A stretch of DNA of 58,985 nt, the filler included, from Sphacelaria rigidula (taxonomy: Eukaryota), in assembly GCA_964200075.2 (NCBI GenBank). It is 5 parts of 5 records of this genome, joined end to end, with 100 filler letters (N's around TTAATTAATTAA, not from the genome) between each part and the next. Parts side by side here need not be neighbours in the genome. Positions count along the whole stretch, not along the records: positions 1 to 11,718 come from CAXNAA020004595.1; positions 11,819 to 23,536 come from CAXNAA020004596.1; 3 more parts are not named here. The stretch is one strand, 5' to 3'. Numbering within the stretch: the first letter of the stretch is position 1; each line of letters opens with the position of its first letter. Made by a program: the position numbers and the translations under genes. The notes beneath the pieces are model-generated. The model ran no database searches, was not told where the DNA came from, and saw only the letters and a program-made list of their open reading frames with translations. Below, piece after piece: positions 1 to 12,490 of the stretch.

Positions 1-1386
1 GATCATTACCACACACCCCTTGCTGGCTTGGGGGCTCACGCCCAACCGCTAAGGCAAGCAAACTATTAGTGCGCCCCCCCCCCCCCTCCCCCCCTCCTGC
101 CCCCCTGCTGAATGTGAAATAGAGCGAAGTCCGGTAAGAGGCATCGCCTACGACCTTATGGATAAACCCGATAACGGGTAGTTTGGCGTGCACTTGTGTG
201 CTGTTACGGGTGAATGAGCTCATTCACAATAATTCCGGGTGGTGGTGAAACGATACAAAACTCATAATGGCGTTGGCGGGGGGTCCGCGATGAGGCGAGT
301 GATGACGGACAACCACCAAAGCCGCCTTATTCGGCTCCGCCTTGTCGCGGGCCGACTACTACTGTAGACTAAAAAATGCCAATCATAGTAACCACTTGAT
401 GCTTTTCTGCCAAATAGTCATTTGGTCCCACGTATGCCGAGGCGAAGGGTTTGTGATGACTTGTTTTTTGTGCGAGTGCCCCTGCAGTTGCAACTCCCAG
501 CGCTCCACACTTGAAGGATATACCGTTCACCGTCAAGTAGCCCTTTTGAGTCAAAGCATGCCGATGTTGAAGTTCGTGAATTGATTTCATTGGACGACCT
601 CTCTTTGCGGTCGAAAGACTTCACACACAAGAGAAGGATGCGAAAACATGAAGTACGTGGCACGTATCCCTAGAGTAGTCTGCGTTGCAAATTTCATACA
701 TTAAGTCTGCATATATACTCGTTTCCAGGAGTGTCTACGAGGGAGTCGTTTTGGGCTACTTCATACTACGAGTATGTGTTGTGGAGTGGTGGCTCCTATG
801 AGGCTATTTGTCACACCATAGTTGCAATTTATGTTGTGTCTATAAGGGTCGAACCACGATTCCATCGCATGAACAGCGTGGTAGAAGCGTTGTACCAGCT
901 CTACAGCACGAATTACAAGACGATTGTGTACGTGTATGCGTACGTTTGAACAGATACAGGAAACGTAAAACCTGACCAGGGTACGATCGCCACTCAACTT
1001 TCTTCGGTTTTGTCAACCATGTGCGCTGACGACACCACGAGAAGGCATTTTTTTATCGTAAGATGCATTCACAACGTTGTCGTCGATGCCAGTTCTCTCT
1101 GCTATTTTGCTGTTGTGGGGAAAGTTGCGAAAACCCTCGTGTACCTGGACGCTTCCGCCCTCCTAGATCCACATTTGCCATGACCCGCAGAGGAAAAGGG
1201 AGAGAAACTCAGAGATAGAGGGAGTCATATCCGGCTATAGTCATAGCCATATTCATATTGTATCGCACTACCTGACCTTCCCGACCAACATTATCGAGAT
1301 AATGAGAAGCACCAGCGGACATCTGGAGATATTATTGTCGGAATTGCTCGTGAATGTCTGTACTGTTATCGGGTGCTTGTCGACAG

Positions 1387-2453
1387 GGTCAGGCGTGCCG
1401 ATTCTGCGGTGCCTGCATAGGTTGCAACCCGTGTCCAGCAAACTCAGCGGCGATCCCCACATCGACGCCCATGTCAGGAACATCGACTGACTCGACTGGG
1501 CTCAGTGAAGCAGACGACAGCGGTGAATGTGCAAGGTGCCGAGAAAACCTGAACAACGCCGATGCTGCCGCCCTTGCGTCATTGGAACAAGGCGTTATGT
1601 GCGATCCGTCTTGCCTGGTGGGGGATACTTCGAATTGCAACATCTTCGGATTGGTGAGCGAAACCGGGCTGCCATTTTCACAGCAACTTCTGCCGGCAAA
1701 CCCCACACGACTGTACCACTCAGTAGTTGATGTGTACACTTTCCCACGCTTGGTATAGAACATTGGGCGTACTCTCTGATGAAAAGATCCAATGATATTC
1801 ATTGACGCATGTTCGAAGATATAATGCTGTTCAGTTAGCGCCTGATAGGAGCTGCGTCGGTCGCGAAGTATGGAGCACGAGCACTGGTGCAACGCCCCTT
1901 CTTTTGCCGGGAATGCTGCAGAACGAGACGCCTCTTCTACAGGATACTTCGTTTTGCATGAAAGACAATTCGGGGATGCAGGAAAAGAAAGTACCATGTG
2001 GGGGAGCTGTACACGTCGTTCCCCATTCCTCGACAGTTTCCAACGCGTGCCGCTTTCCCTATTTTTCTTGCGCGTTCGGATATCTGCGCGGGTCTACAAA
2101 CGACGAAGGGGCAAATGTGCCGGTTATGTGGCGCATGCGAGGGATGCAAAGCTTGCACCGAGGATAGCGATTTCGGTGCTACAGGTACTCCCACACCTCA
2201 GCCTTTAACTACGCTGGAGCCTAAAACCCTATCACCTTCCGGGGAAATATTGGCAACAACAGCGACAACGGCTGCTCCTTCTATTGCTGTCACCGAGACT
2301 CCGGTTTATCTTTGGCCATCGGAGGTCGGCAGTGGCGAGATTGGGGGTTGTCCTGTCGAACCACCAGAGGCAGAGTTTTGTTCCGATAGTCAGGAAACAA
2401 TCGAGTGCCGGTACCACTGTGTGTGCTGCAATGCGGAGACTGAGTTTGATGAG
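1387..2453 (+). CDS. Two internal exons (1387-1653, 2109-2453) of a Cys-rich repeat / Ser-Thr-Pro-rich putative extracellular protein; gene ends not resolved
   Basis: Both exons follow an AG, start in phase 0 with a near-identical motif (GQACRFCGACIGCNPC / GQMCRLCGACEGCKAC) and end at GTGAGC / GTACGC donors. S/T/P-rich linkers separate the Cys clusters. A possible terminal exon lies at about 4474-4723. Confidence 0.6.
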
Positions 2454-5400
2454 GTACGCGGACAATAAACCAAGTCGTTTTTATTTGCGTTCGAACTCAT
2501 ATGCTCATTGAGTTCGAACGGAAATATGCAGTTTGCCTGTAGATACCAGTTCTAGAAGGATCATCAACTAAATCAGTGCTTCCTTCATGATTCAATTGAT
2601 GTACCCGCGTCCGTTGCTCCGTCCGAACGGTGTCGTTCCCCACTTCAAGCGTGCGTGGAGGTCATGCAACCATTGTTTTTTCTAGCGTGGAGAGTGAAGA
2701 GCCCTCCTCTTAGTTGCTGCTACAAAGCATATGTTTCACCAGAAGAGTGGCGGTTTATGTTGCGGGGTGGGATGCCTTCAGTTTCTCGATATCTGGGGCA
2801 TGGACCTTACTGGAAAGTCTCCAATGAAGCGACGAACGTCGGAGCAGTCGCTGGCAATGTGATAGCGGGAGAAGGGCGGAATATCCATTACACACCTAGG
2901 ATGATCCATATCACTCTGTCCCCACCGTAAACACGATTTTGTATCTGTTACAATTCCGGCGGCGCTGCACACGTGACTTTTGCAGGCACGGACGCGATCG
3001 AAAATATTCCCCGCAACGCAAATAACGAGGTTAATGTAACCTGCAGTGCTGTCTACTCGGCTGAAATATTTTCCTCTGTGCGTTTCGCAATCCTCTCTCT
3101 CCAGCTGAAAGAATATATCCTCTTGCCTACAACGGATAGTTGTGTCATCCCGACTGTATTAACAGCCCCCGTTGCCACCGTACCGCGGCGTCAGGATGAC
3201 GGACATGCTGACGTTTTTATCCACTACCTTGCTATTGACGACTCTACCCGCTTGCTTGCTATTGACAGAATTGCCAGCCGACGGATCCTTTTGTGGAAGA
3301 CAAGTGCGTCTTCACTTCCTTTTTTTGGTGCGACAAGGGAAAGTGGGTCATGGCAGTTGCCGATCCATACTGTCCCTCGTGGTATAGCTCTAGCCCCTAG
3401 TATTCTCGTGGTGTAGCTGTGTGTAGTAAGCTCTGTTGTCGCGTTTTAATTATTATAAGGGTGGATGTTGCAGATGGTTTAATAGTTTTGTGTGTTATTG
3501 GTACGATTTGTAACCATACTCCACATGGCATAGTTGCTCAACCTCTGCCGCAGGAGATTTTCGGCCTTGTTGTCTTTCATTAATACCTTATATGGGTAGT
3601 AGGTTCACCTAGGTAGGTTCAAGGTATGCGTAACGGCAGGGTGGAGCACCGTGAAGTTGGGTTTAGGAGTGGAGTTGTCATTCGGTGAGCGCAACTCGTG
3701 AGAACGAAAGCAAGACACACATCGAGAAAGACACAAAGAGTAGTAAACTAGTGAAGTAGTTGTTCGCCCCCCCCCAGTTGCAAGTAGCTCCTCAGTCTCA
3801 CTAAAGCATTATATGTCTCGCGGTGCTTCCCTTGCTCGGTAGACAGCCGGGCTGATCATACGCCGCAACCCCTGTATCTGACGTGCTCGATATGTCTTGT
3901 CACCTGTAGACGGTACGGCATTTGTCGATTCGCGTGTGCCACCCTGTGACCGTAGATACAATCTAATAGTGACAGCTTCTGCCCTGAAGCCATGTCCCGT
4001 TGATATATCATTCTCTCTGAGAATAATGCCTCAGTCCAATCCTTCCGTTGGCGCGGGCTGCTGGCGTCCTAGCTCCTCTGTTCCTGCTGAATAAAAATAC
4101 GGATTTTCTTTACGTGATTGTGATCTTGATGGAAGAGGTCAAGCGTCACGGTTTCAACACAAAATAGGACGACGGGGCTCGCTTGCGTCGTAGTTGCCCA
4201 TGGACCACATATCTCAGAGCAGACGCTGACCTGAGCGGCGGCATTATGATTTTCAATCGTATCCCCACAATAAAGAGGTCAAGTTCGTATTTTGTGCGAC
4301 AAAGACGGGCGGTTGTTCACGTTGTGCGTGCTCCAGTTGTGCCAAGTTTGGTTCAATCTTGACATCAACGTTGGAATAAAGTTGCCCTTGAATCGGGCTT
4401 ACGATCGAAAGGAGCGAATTCCTGGCACCGTATGGTCCCGGGAAAAAGCGTATCGTTAACCGGTCTAAGAACAGTGCACACGCTGTCGGAGAAGAATGGC
4501 TGAATTTGTAAACAGCGATGCCATTCCGTTTCCACCCGCGAACGTCGATAAGTTTAACAGCCGACAAGGCAGTTCTGACAGTTCTGGCCCTTTCGTACCT
4601 GGAAGTAGGGACAGGAAGCGAGCAAGCGTCTCCAAGAAAACGGAACTCTTGAGTCAATTGCAGGATGACACAGTAGGATCTCACTGGCAACCCGCTGGGA
4701 GCAGCATACATTCCCACGGTTGACATGTGGAACATTGGTACGTGGATATATTGTACGACTTTCCCCCGCGGAGAATGACAGTTGTCTATGAATGAAGGCC
4801 GTAAGTTAACTGCACGAAGTTTTAGGAACTTCCGTTCCCTTGTTGCGAAACTGGTGAAACGAGAAGACTACATTCATCACGCCCAAGAGGGGACCGTGGT
4901 TATTGTGAGGATACGCCGAGAGCAAGGTTCAAAAGCACATGTACTATACTGCAAAATTCTGCAGCTTGCGCCGGTCAAGATTTCCCGCTGTCAGCCTGCT
5001 CACACGACACTATTATCTTGAGTACATTTCGCTCTGTGTGTCGGTGCTGCCGTCTTTCCTGCTCAGAAATGAGTTGTTGGTTAATTTGATCGATCGATTA
5101 CCACACATCAACTGATCCGCTCCGTATCCAGCGGTGATCACATAGTAGCTGTACCTAAGATAAATGGATGGAAACGCCCGCTGAAGGGAGTTTGAGAAAG
5201 GACGAATGTGAAGAGGGAAGCAGAGAGCAGAGTAACGTGAAAGAAGGAAGGGGACACACAACAAAAAGAGGGATAGAGGAATGAAGAAAAACGAAACCAG
5301 AATGAGAAAAACGGCAGCTAAGACCTGGAGCTCTAGCACACGTCCCGTGAACAAACCGAACACCCCTGCCAGTTTTAGACCGTAGGGTGGCGACCATATC

Positions 5401-5990
5401 TTAGTTTTCTATGTTCTCAACCTGAAAGACCAAATGTCCAGAACCGATTGTTACATGTCAATGCCCCGCGGTCGATTCAAAGATAATCACGTGAGATGTT
5501 TACTTTTGCCGTCCCGTTCGCAGATGGGCATCTGAGGCTTGTGTCCTAAAAAGATATGGTCATATGACATTTCGCTATTCCGTTTGCTTCAGAGATGTTC
5601 GTATGAGGCTTGTGCTCGCTTCGAAGGTAGGAAAATGTGAGAGCTTGCCCTGCACGTAAAACATCTTGTTACTTGGCCAATGTACCCCGAACAAAAATTG
5701 AAGGTCCCACTCGTGGAGACAGTGTTCCGCATCTACTTTTTTGCACTCGGATAACATCCGGCGAAGATGGACGTGATACGAAAGTTTTTGACGGTAGGCG
5801 ATCAAAGATAACGGGACCAAGTGTGATGAAAACTGTAATGTTTTGCGACTTCGCCAGGTGTTTCCGGATGAAGAGTAGGCACGGCGTATTATTTCACCTC
5901 AACAGCTTCGCCGTTGCGTAATTTCTGACGATTTCTTTCGTCGACGATTGAAAGCAACCTCCCCCCCCCCCCCCCCCTTCCCCGAAACAC

Positions 5991-6060
5991 TCCGTCTCGA
6001 AAGGGATGCGTGGTCAATGGTCGAACGACTAAGGCAAGCAACAAATGAGTACGCCCCCCC
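5991..6060 (+). repeat. Short poly-C/poly-G-flanked interspersed repeat, family A (TCCGTCTCGAAAGGGATGCGTGGTCAATGGTC...CAACAAATGAGTACG)
   Basis: Near-identical copies at 42091-42153 (-), 52287-52349 (-) and 47143-47169 (+, cut by the contig end); partial copy at about 48-80. Confidence 0.85.
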
Positions 6061-7607
6061 CTCCCCCGAAACTGTCTGGTGCCGATAGATCATCAACCAT
6101 CTGTCTGAAAATCATTGGTAGGTCAAATGAAAACAATTGAATGGGTAAGGAGTCTGTGTTTTCTCAGTGGAAATATGCCTACGATACACCTTCTGATATT
6201 GGGAGTGCGTCTTTGGTTCGCTGACGCCGAATTGACACGGCAGGTGAGATGAATGCATGGGTCTTACCTGCTGATACTTTTTACCTCAATTACATCAGCT
6301 GACGACCCCGTTTAATACTAAAACCTGAATCCACATCACCTCGCCGCCTTCCTTGCCACGCTGCCAGCGATTGTCACTTTTACATCGGATCTAAAATGAT
6401 GTTGCATTTCTGCATTCTACTAGATTTCACATCAAAAGATCGTCGCTAAGCTCCTTTAGGTGTATGGCGCCACCCTAAACACAAGCACTCCTCCTAAAAA
6501 GGCATACAGACTATTCTAGAAACCTAGGAAATCCCCCTAAACACGGCGGGAGGGGGAAGTCGAGGGTATGGTTCCAGACGACGAAAGTTATGAGGCCGGC
6601 TATACCCAAGAGAACTAGTGTTTCCTATCTGGTCGTCACACGTCACGGCGAACAAGTCTGCCTAGCCCTGTGATGTTCGTACTCGGACATACCGTAACCA
6701 TAGTGAAACGTCGCTCTACCGCAAAGGCATGTCAGTATAAAGAGTTTTCGATAATTTATTTATTTGCCGGAGGCTTGCTTGTGAATTGGAAACCTGAGTG
6801 CTGATTCTCTGCTCCGGTTCATGTCCGTCTGTCTCCAATTCAACGCTACACGGAATCATCAGTGCGGTTTTCAACGCTACACCGAATCATCTCAGAGTTG
6901 AGATTGAGAACTATGGCCAACTCGTCTCACCCGCTGAGGATCCCGCCAGTGCCACAGACGAAGAACCCGAGGACGGAGTCCTCATTTGTTGTGTCAACGT
7001 CGTGTGAACGGCTTGCACTTGTTGCTTCTCACGCTGTCGACCTATCCATTGCTACGTGAAAAAAAAAAAGGAGCAACGGGATACAGGGAGGGTCTGCTTT
7101 CTCACTGCAGCTGTAATGGAGCAGGAGTGGTCGGGATCAACCGCGCAGATCCTTGATGAAATGCATGCAGGCGAATAGTTGTTGCATATCGAGCGTTTCA
7201 AGGAGAGCAATCATCCTGCCGCCACGATCCTGTATGCAGAGTTTGGAGGAAAGATCTCCCGTCCTGAAATCTTTAGAAAAAACCAAGCTGATTTGAAGCA
7301 TCTAGATTCGTGACAACTACTTCTTGAAAACTGGCATCTGGTGGGAAGAGTGCACGCCCGTAGGCGCATACGGCTTCTGGCTTTCCTTTGCACCTGGTAT
7401 CATCGAATTACGTCCGAAATGGCGGAGGACTACGTGTATGAGACCGTGGTCGTACCTACATTTAAGGAACTTCTCGGCACTGCGAAAATATACGCCAGAC
7501 AAATCTCAGACAACGAACATGCAAATAGAAAATCAAATCGAACACACTACCCTGGTGGGATAGAATTTCCGGACAAGCCAATCAGGATTCCAATTCGACC
7601 AGGACGC

Positions 7608-8135
7608 TGTTAAGGTACCGGTTGACTGCTGAGCTAATTTGCCAGCGTTGACTACTGAGCTAATTAGCCAGCGCTGGCTAATTAGCTCAGCAAGCAACCG
7701 GTATCTTAAAAAAGCTAACTTAGGTGGGTTCGTCGCATAACCCTGAGTACTCATATCCCAGAGTTGACATCCCTGTAACCAACGCTGTTCGGGAAGTACA
7801 ACCGGTAGACTTCGACCGCACCCGGTGCTCAACATCGAGGAATATTTGTACTTGCCCAGGGGTTCGAACCCTAAAATCGGTATCTTGACAAAAGCCAAGT
7901 TCTAGGGTTCGAATCCCTGAGCAAGTAACCGTATTCTTCGACGTTGAGCACGGGGTGCGGTCGAAGTCTACCGGTTGAACTTCCCAGACAGCGTTGGTTA
8001 CAGGGATGACCACCCTGGGGCGTGAGTGCTCGGGCTCATGCGACGGATCCACCGAACTTAGCTTCTGTTAAGATACCGATTGACTACTTAGCCAGCGCTG
8101 GCTGATTAGCTCAGCAATCAACCGGTATCTTGACA
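7608..8135. mobile_element. Non-autonomous fold-back element with TGT...ACA termini and a 5-bp TSD (GACGC)
   Basis: GACGC at 7603-7607 and 8136-8140. Ends are TGTTAAGGTACCG and CGGTATCTTGACA. About 7712-7875 is the inverted copy of about 7900-8065. Confidence 0.85.
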
Positions 8136-8449
8136 GACGCCATCTGACTTCGACGAAAATACGGTTCAACGGGGAATTTGATTCTGCTAGGTGCTTCCAT
8201 GAGGACCGGTTCCGACAAACCAGCCGGCGTCTGAGCAGTCTACCAAGCCTCAGGGCATGGTGTAGACCGTGCACGTCGTACCATTATCCTTGGTGATGGA
8301 GGTAAAGCTCTAGGATCGTTCTTGGCACAGATGGATGATTGATAGATCGATTGTTGTACATCAACAGATCCCGCTAAGAAGCAAACCGCGGTCACAAGAT
8401 AAACGTACCCAGGGTGAACAAAAACAAACGGCAGCACTCGCTGAGGGAA

Positions 8450-8872
8450 AAACAATATTACAAATTTGGGATGGATCTTTCATTACGGATGAAAACCCCA
8501 AGGATTAGAATCTTCGTATCCACACCAAATATTCGAAGTATACTTCCATTTCTTCACTTGCTGATAGCTGTTGACAAGCACACCATAAAAATTTGGATTT
8601 CGATAACCGACATGCCGGGGTCCTAGGTGAAAAACCAATTTTGGCGTCCGATCGGACACCTAAAATCCCCCCAAATTGGTTTTTCTTCAAGGATCCCGAC
8701 ATTTCGGTTATCGAAATCCAAATTTGTATGGCGTGTAGTAGTTGTCAATAACTACCAGCAAGTGAAGAAATACAAGCATACTGCGGAGATTTTGTGTGGA
8801 TACGAAGATTTTAATCCTCCAGGTTCTCATCACCAATAAATAATCCATCCCCGATTTGTAAAATCCCATGTT
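8450..8872. mobile_element. Palindromic MITE (~420 bp), same family as 24120-24558
   Basis: Long arms (GGATGAAAACCCC...GATTTCGATAACCGA versus TCGGTTATCGAAATC...) are inverted about a CGTCCGATCGGAC centre; second copy on another contig. Confidence 0.8.
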
Positions 8873-9863
8873 GAAACCCGAGAGGGGTGGGGGGAAAGGA
8901 AGGAGAAAGAGAATATATATATAAAGCTAACTGCAAATAGAAACGATAGTGATGGAGGGAATGAAACCGAAGGAAAGAAAACGATGCAGAGAAGTAGGTT
9001 GCCAACAAGAAAGTTGCCGGGCCACGATCGAGCACTGGTCCTGAGGTAAAATACGAAACAAAAACGGCAGGCCCTGATCGCATGCCTTCAGGCGAGGAGG
9101 TCACCCAGAAACAACAACAACAGGCAACAAGACCGCGGAAGCAAATTTGCGACTCAGCGATCTAAAGACTACACTAATGGGCAGGAATCTCATCCACGAA
9201 CTCTGCGGGAGCGGGACACGGACACAAATACGGCCCCATGCGGAAAAATATATGGCCAAAGGAAGAGACGGGATACCTCCCAAGTATTTGATCGGGGTAT
9301 AAGCAATGAGTAAGCTTGACGCCCTTCACCGGCAGCGGTATGGCGGCTACAGTCCATACCATGCCCTGAAACTTGGTTGATTACTCCAGTAGGTGCGTTG
9401 GTACGATATACAACGGAGCTGATTGCATTCATACCTATAGCGATTTGTGGATAGTCGTGGGCTGTGAGAATGTGGACTATGGCAACGCGGCGTATGTGGC
9501 GATGCGAGCTGATTCAAGTTATATAACGAATACTATCTTCTAATGGTGAAAAAAATCCATCTTCCAGTGGGATGTCTAAGGAGGCCATATTTGACTTCCC
9601 CGGCCTCTCGTCGAGCTGTGAGCTTACCCACTTCTATATTCGCAGGCTCGTAGGTACACATCTCTCTATGCGCTGTGCCGAGTTTTATGTCCTCCCAATA
9701 CTGCATCAAAGCTGCGCGTTTCGACGGGCAGCCAAGCCTGACGAAGTTCGAGTCTATTCATAGGCTTCGGTACAGTACTCGACATGGAACCGGTGCAGGT
9801 GGCGACTAACGATCAAAACACTGTTCAAAACCCGGAAGTGGACGTAAGAGAAATGTGTTTTGT

Positions 9864-11243
9864 TCAGTTCTGCTTCGGTGATTTACGCGATGAACTCGGT
9901 ACACCGCTCCGCGACCGCCAAAAACACCGCCGAGGCCTCGCGGCCATCAACTTCCAACAGCGCGCCGGTTAATCCATTTGCTGTCCAACTTCGCGGTTTT
10001 GACCTAATCCGCCCACCAAAGGCGCGATCGCCCCCTCCACAACTGTCTCAAGTGACAGACGAGATAAGGGTCAAGTTTCGTCGAACGAATCGGTGTATTT
10101 TCACAGGCTGTTCGAGGGCATGTTAGCAACTTCCGTGTTGCCTCCTCTGAGACTGTTGTGTTGATTTGCTGCCGCCCACCCCCCCAAAAAAAGGCAAGCG
10201 GCCTATCACCGCGGAAACACTCCTACGCCCCGCATAATCGGCAAGCCGTATGTTGAGAACCCGTGCCCCTGGAGAACCCATTTGGCCCTCCGATTTCCGG
10301 TGCCTAAGGAAGTCGTACGTACGCACCTCTAAGAATCGGCAGATGCGAGCTTGATCGCGATCAGACGCTCTCCTGAAAATAGCCCGACTTATGTCTCCTA
10401 GAGATACCTCCCCATCGTTGTCCGCGTCTAGCATGCCAAACTGCAAGCCTTTCAGAAGGCGCACGAATTTGTTGTTGAGTAGAGACTGCCGCCACTGATC
10501 GTAGGTAAACCTGAGGCCACCGTCGCTGGGGTTTTGTCCCACAGCAAGAAAAACGTTTATGCAACCCGCGTGGCCCATTTGATGCGTCAGTTTCTGATAC
10601 TTTGGAGCGCGCGCACGCGAAGGAGAGCTTTGCATGCGGATTGCGGATTAGACCATTGAACTCAACCCAATCCATACCGATAGGAGCCTTCGGTAACTCG
10701 AGTTCCGCGCACAGTAGCTCACGGGGAACGAGCCCCCTCCTGTGAAAATCCTGGTGCCCTCCACCATTCCCTGAGGGAACCATACCGCATACCTAGCGAT
10801 AGAAAGGAACACGCTTCCGATCGCTTCCACCTCGGCTCGAGAGTACGTGCCAAAGCTGCTCATCGTCAACAAGTTGTCCTCATCTTGTTGCTGCTCGACC
10901 CCTTGAGTACCATCCTTACGCCGGAATCGTACAGATCGCTGTGCCGGCTTAGCTCGAGTGCGAGTATGCGCGGTTGATTTTATCTGCCGAATCGAGCGAG
11001 ATATGATGCTGTGTTCGGTCCCTCGACATTGTCATACGTGAGTGTGGGTTCCGAGTCCGAGTAAGAAACGTTCTAGACGTTGCGCGTGTTCAGGGTATTG
11101 GCTGTACTTTCCGTTACAGCCTCATCTTTAGTGGGAGGGGGATCTGGCGGAATGTGAGAGACAACAAAAACTAGTGCAGCCTCTTCCCCGACGCTAGCAC
11201 GCCCCAGTCTCTCGCTTCCCATTTTTTGCCAGTCTATATTTCC
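9864..11243 (-). CDS. EF-hand-containing protein, 3-prime exons
   Basis: Phase-consistent exons 10793-10914 (DGTQGVEQ...VFLSIA), 10327-10525 (DGGLRFTYDQW...LDADNDGEVSLGDI...RFLE, a canonical EF-hand loop) and 9864-9950 (LMAARPRR...QN*). A probable upstream exon lies near 11119-11243. Confidence 0.6.
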
Positions 11244-11718
11244 AACCTGCTACGACGGAAACACCGCCGTTTTTATGATACTCTGAACCCTTCCCCTTCC
11301 TCGAGACGAATCTATGGTCTCCAAGGATCCACCCATCGCTCCCACGGTGAATGGAAATACTAGAAAGCCGAAAAATGAGAACGGATAAAAAACGAGAGCA
11401 CGCACATGTGGAATATGGAACAACATTACACCCTCACCCCCACCAGGACATGACTTGGGGGGAGGTGTACTCATGATCGTGCATGCCATAGTCATCAGAC
11501 CATTGACCTCGCATCCCTAGAAAGCCGGGACGGAGCACGTCGGGTTTTTGCCGGACCAACTCGCATTCAAACCACCAAGCGCGAGGCGCCGTGATGTGTT
11601 TGGCGAGTGGCATGACGGGTGAGCCGCATCCTGCTAAGATTGTTCGGCCCGAAGCCCACCGATTATCTTGCATTTGGATGGCAGCCTACAATGAGTTACT
11701 TTATTTTCTGGTATCGCC

Positions 11719-11818
11719 NNNNNNNNNNNNNNNNNNNNNNNNNNNNNNNNNNNNNNNNNNNNTTAATTAATTAANNNNNNNNNNNNNNNNNNNNNNNNNN
11801 NNNNNNNNNNNNNNNNNN
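11719..11818. other. Artificial contig spacer (N44-TTAATTAATTAA-N44)
   Basis: 100-nt N run with a central stop linker; identical to the three other spacers. Confidence 0.97.
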
Positions 11819-11819
11819 C

Positions 11820-11852
<33 letters not shown>

Positions 11853-11953
11853 CCCCCCCCTTGCCCCCCCCCCCCCGAGTTCTGGCAAGCCCCAGATGTT
11901 TCGGAGCTATCAGCCTGTGCAACTGTTCCGAGGCGACGCTCGTCGTCTGAAGG

Positions 11954-12490
11954 TTAACCCTGACCGCGGAGGTAGGTGAAGGTAGGTGATCTGCTGAATC
12001 GGCATCATGTATACTTGCAAAATGAGGTAAAATAGTGCCGATTCAACCGATCCCCTACACTCGCGGTCAAAGGATCAAAAGAGTCGAAACCTTGATGAAA
12101 CCGAAATATGGAAACAGGGGGAAGAAAAAGGTAGCAGAACTTCACAATACACTACTACTTTTTCTGTTTAGTCAAGCCTTCAACCGCTAGGAGGGTAGTG
12201 CATCTGGGTCATGCATACTTTTTTTAAGGGAAATTCATGTCGATTCAACAGATGACCTACTCTCGCCGTCCAAGGGTTAATTAGACCGCGACGCGGGCAG
12301 TTCATTTAGATCACGCATACTTTTTCGAAGTGAAAATCGATGCCGATTCGGCAGGTTGCCTTCCCTCGCCGTTCAAGGGTTTAACCCTTAGACCGCGAGA
12401 TCAGTCCAGTCTTTCTGGATCATGCATACTTTTTTTCACTTGAAATTGATGCAGATTCAACAGAAGACCAACCTCGCGGTCCAAGGGTTA
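11954..12490. repeat. Cluster of about four ~105-120 bp MITE units with TTAACCCT...AAGGGTTAA ends (piggyBac-like termini)
   Basis: Units at about 11954-12080 (inverted), 12180-12280, 12281-12384 and 12381-12490 share GATCATGCATACTTTTT and GCCGATTCAAC cores and GACCGCGAG/CTCGCGGTC inverted ends. A fragment lies at about 14480-14548. Confidence 0.7.

Noticed and set aside
6798-7610. Short plus-strand ORFs as a gene
   Set aside because: No recognisable motifs and no consistent splice chain.
11763-11774. TTAATTAATTAA recurring every ~11.8 kb as a biological periodic signal
   Set aside because: It is always centred in a 100-nt N spacer, so it is an assembly linker.
11954-12490. CRISPR-like repeat-spacer array
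   Set aside because: Whole units are homologous with no unique spacers, the units have inverted termini, the context is eukaryotic and no cas genes are present.
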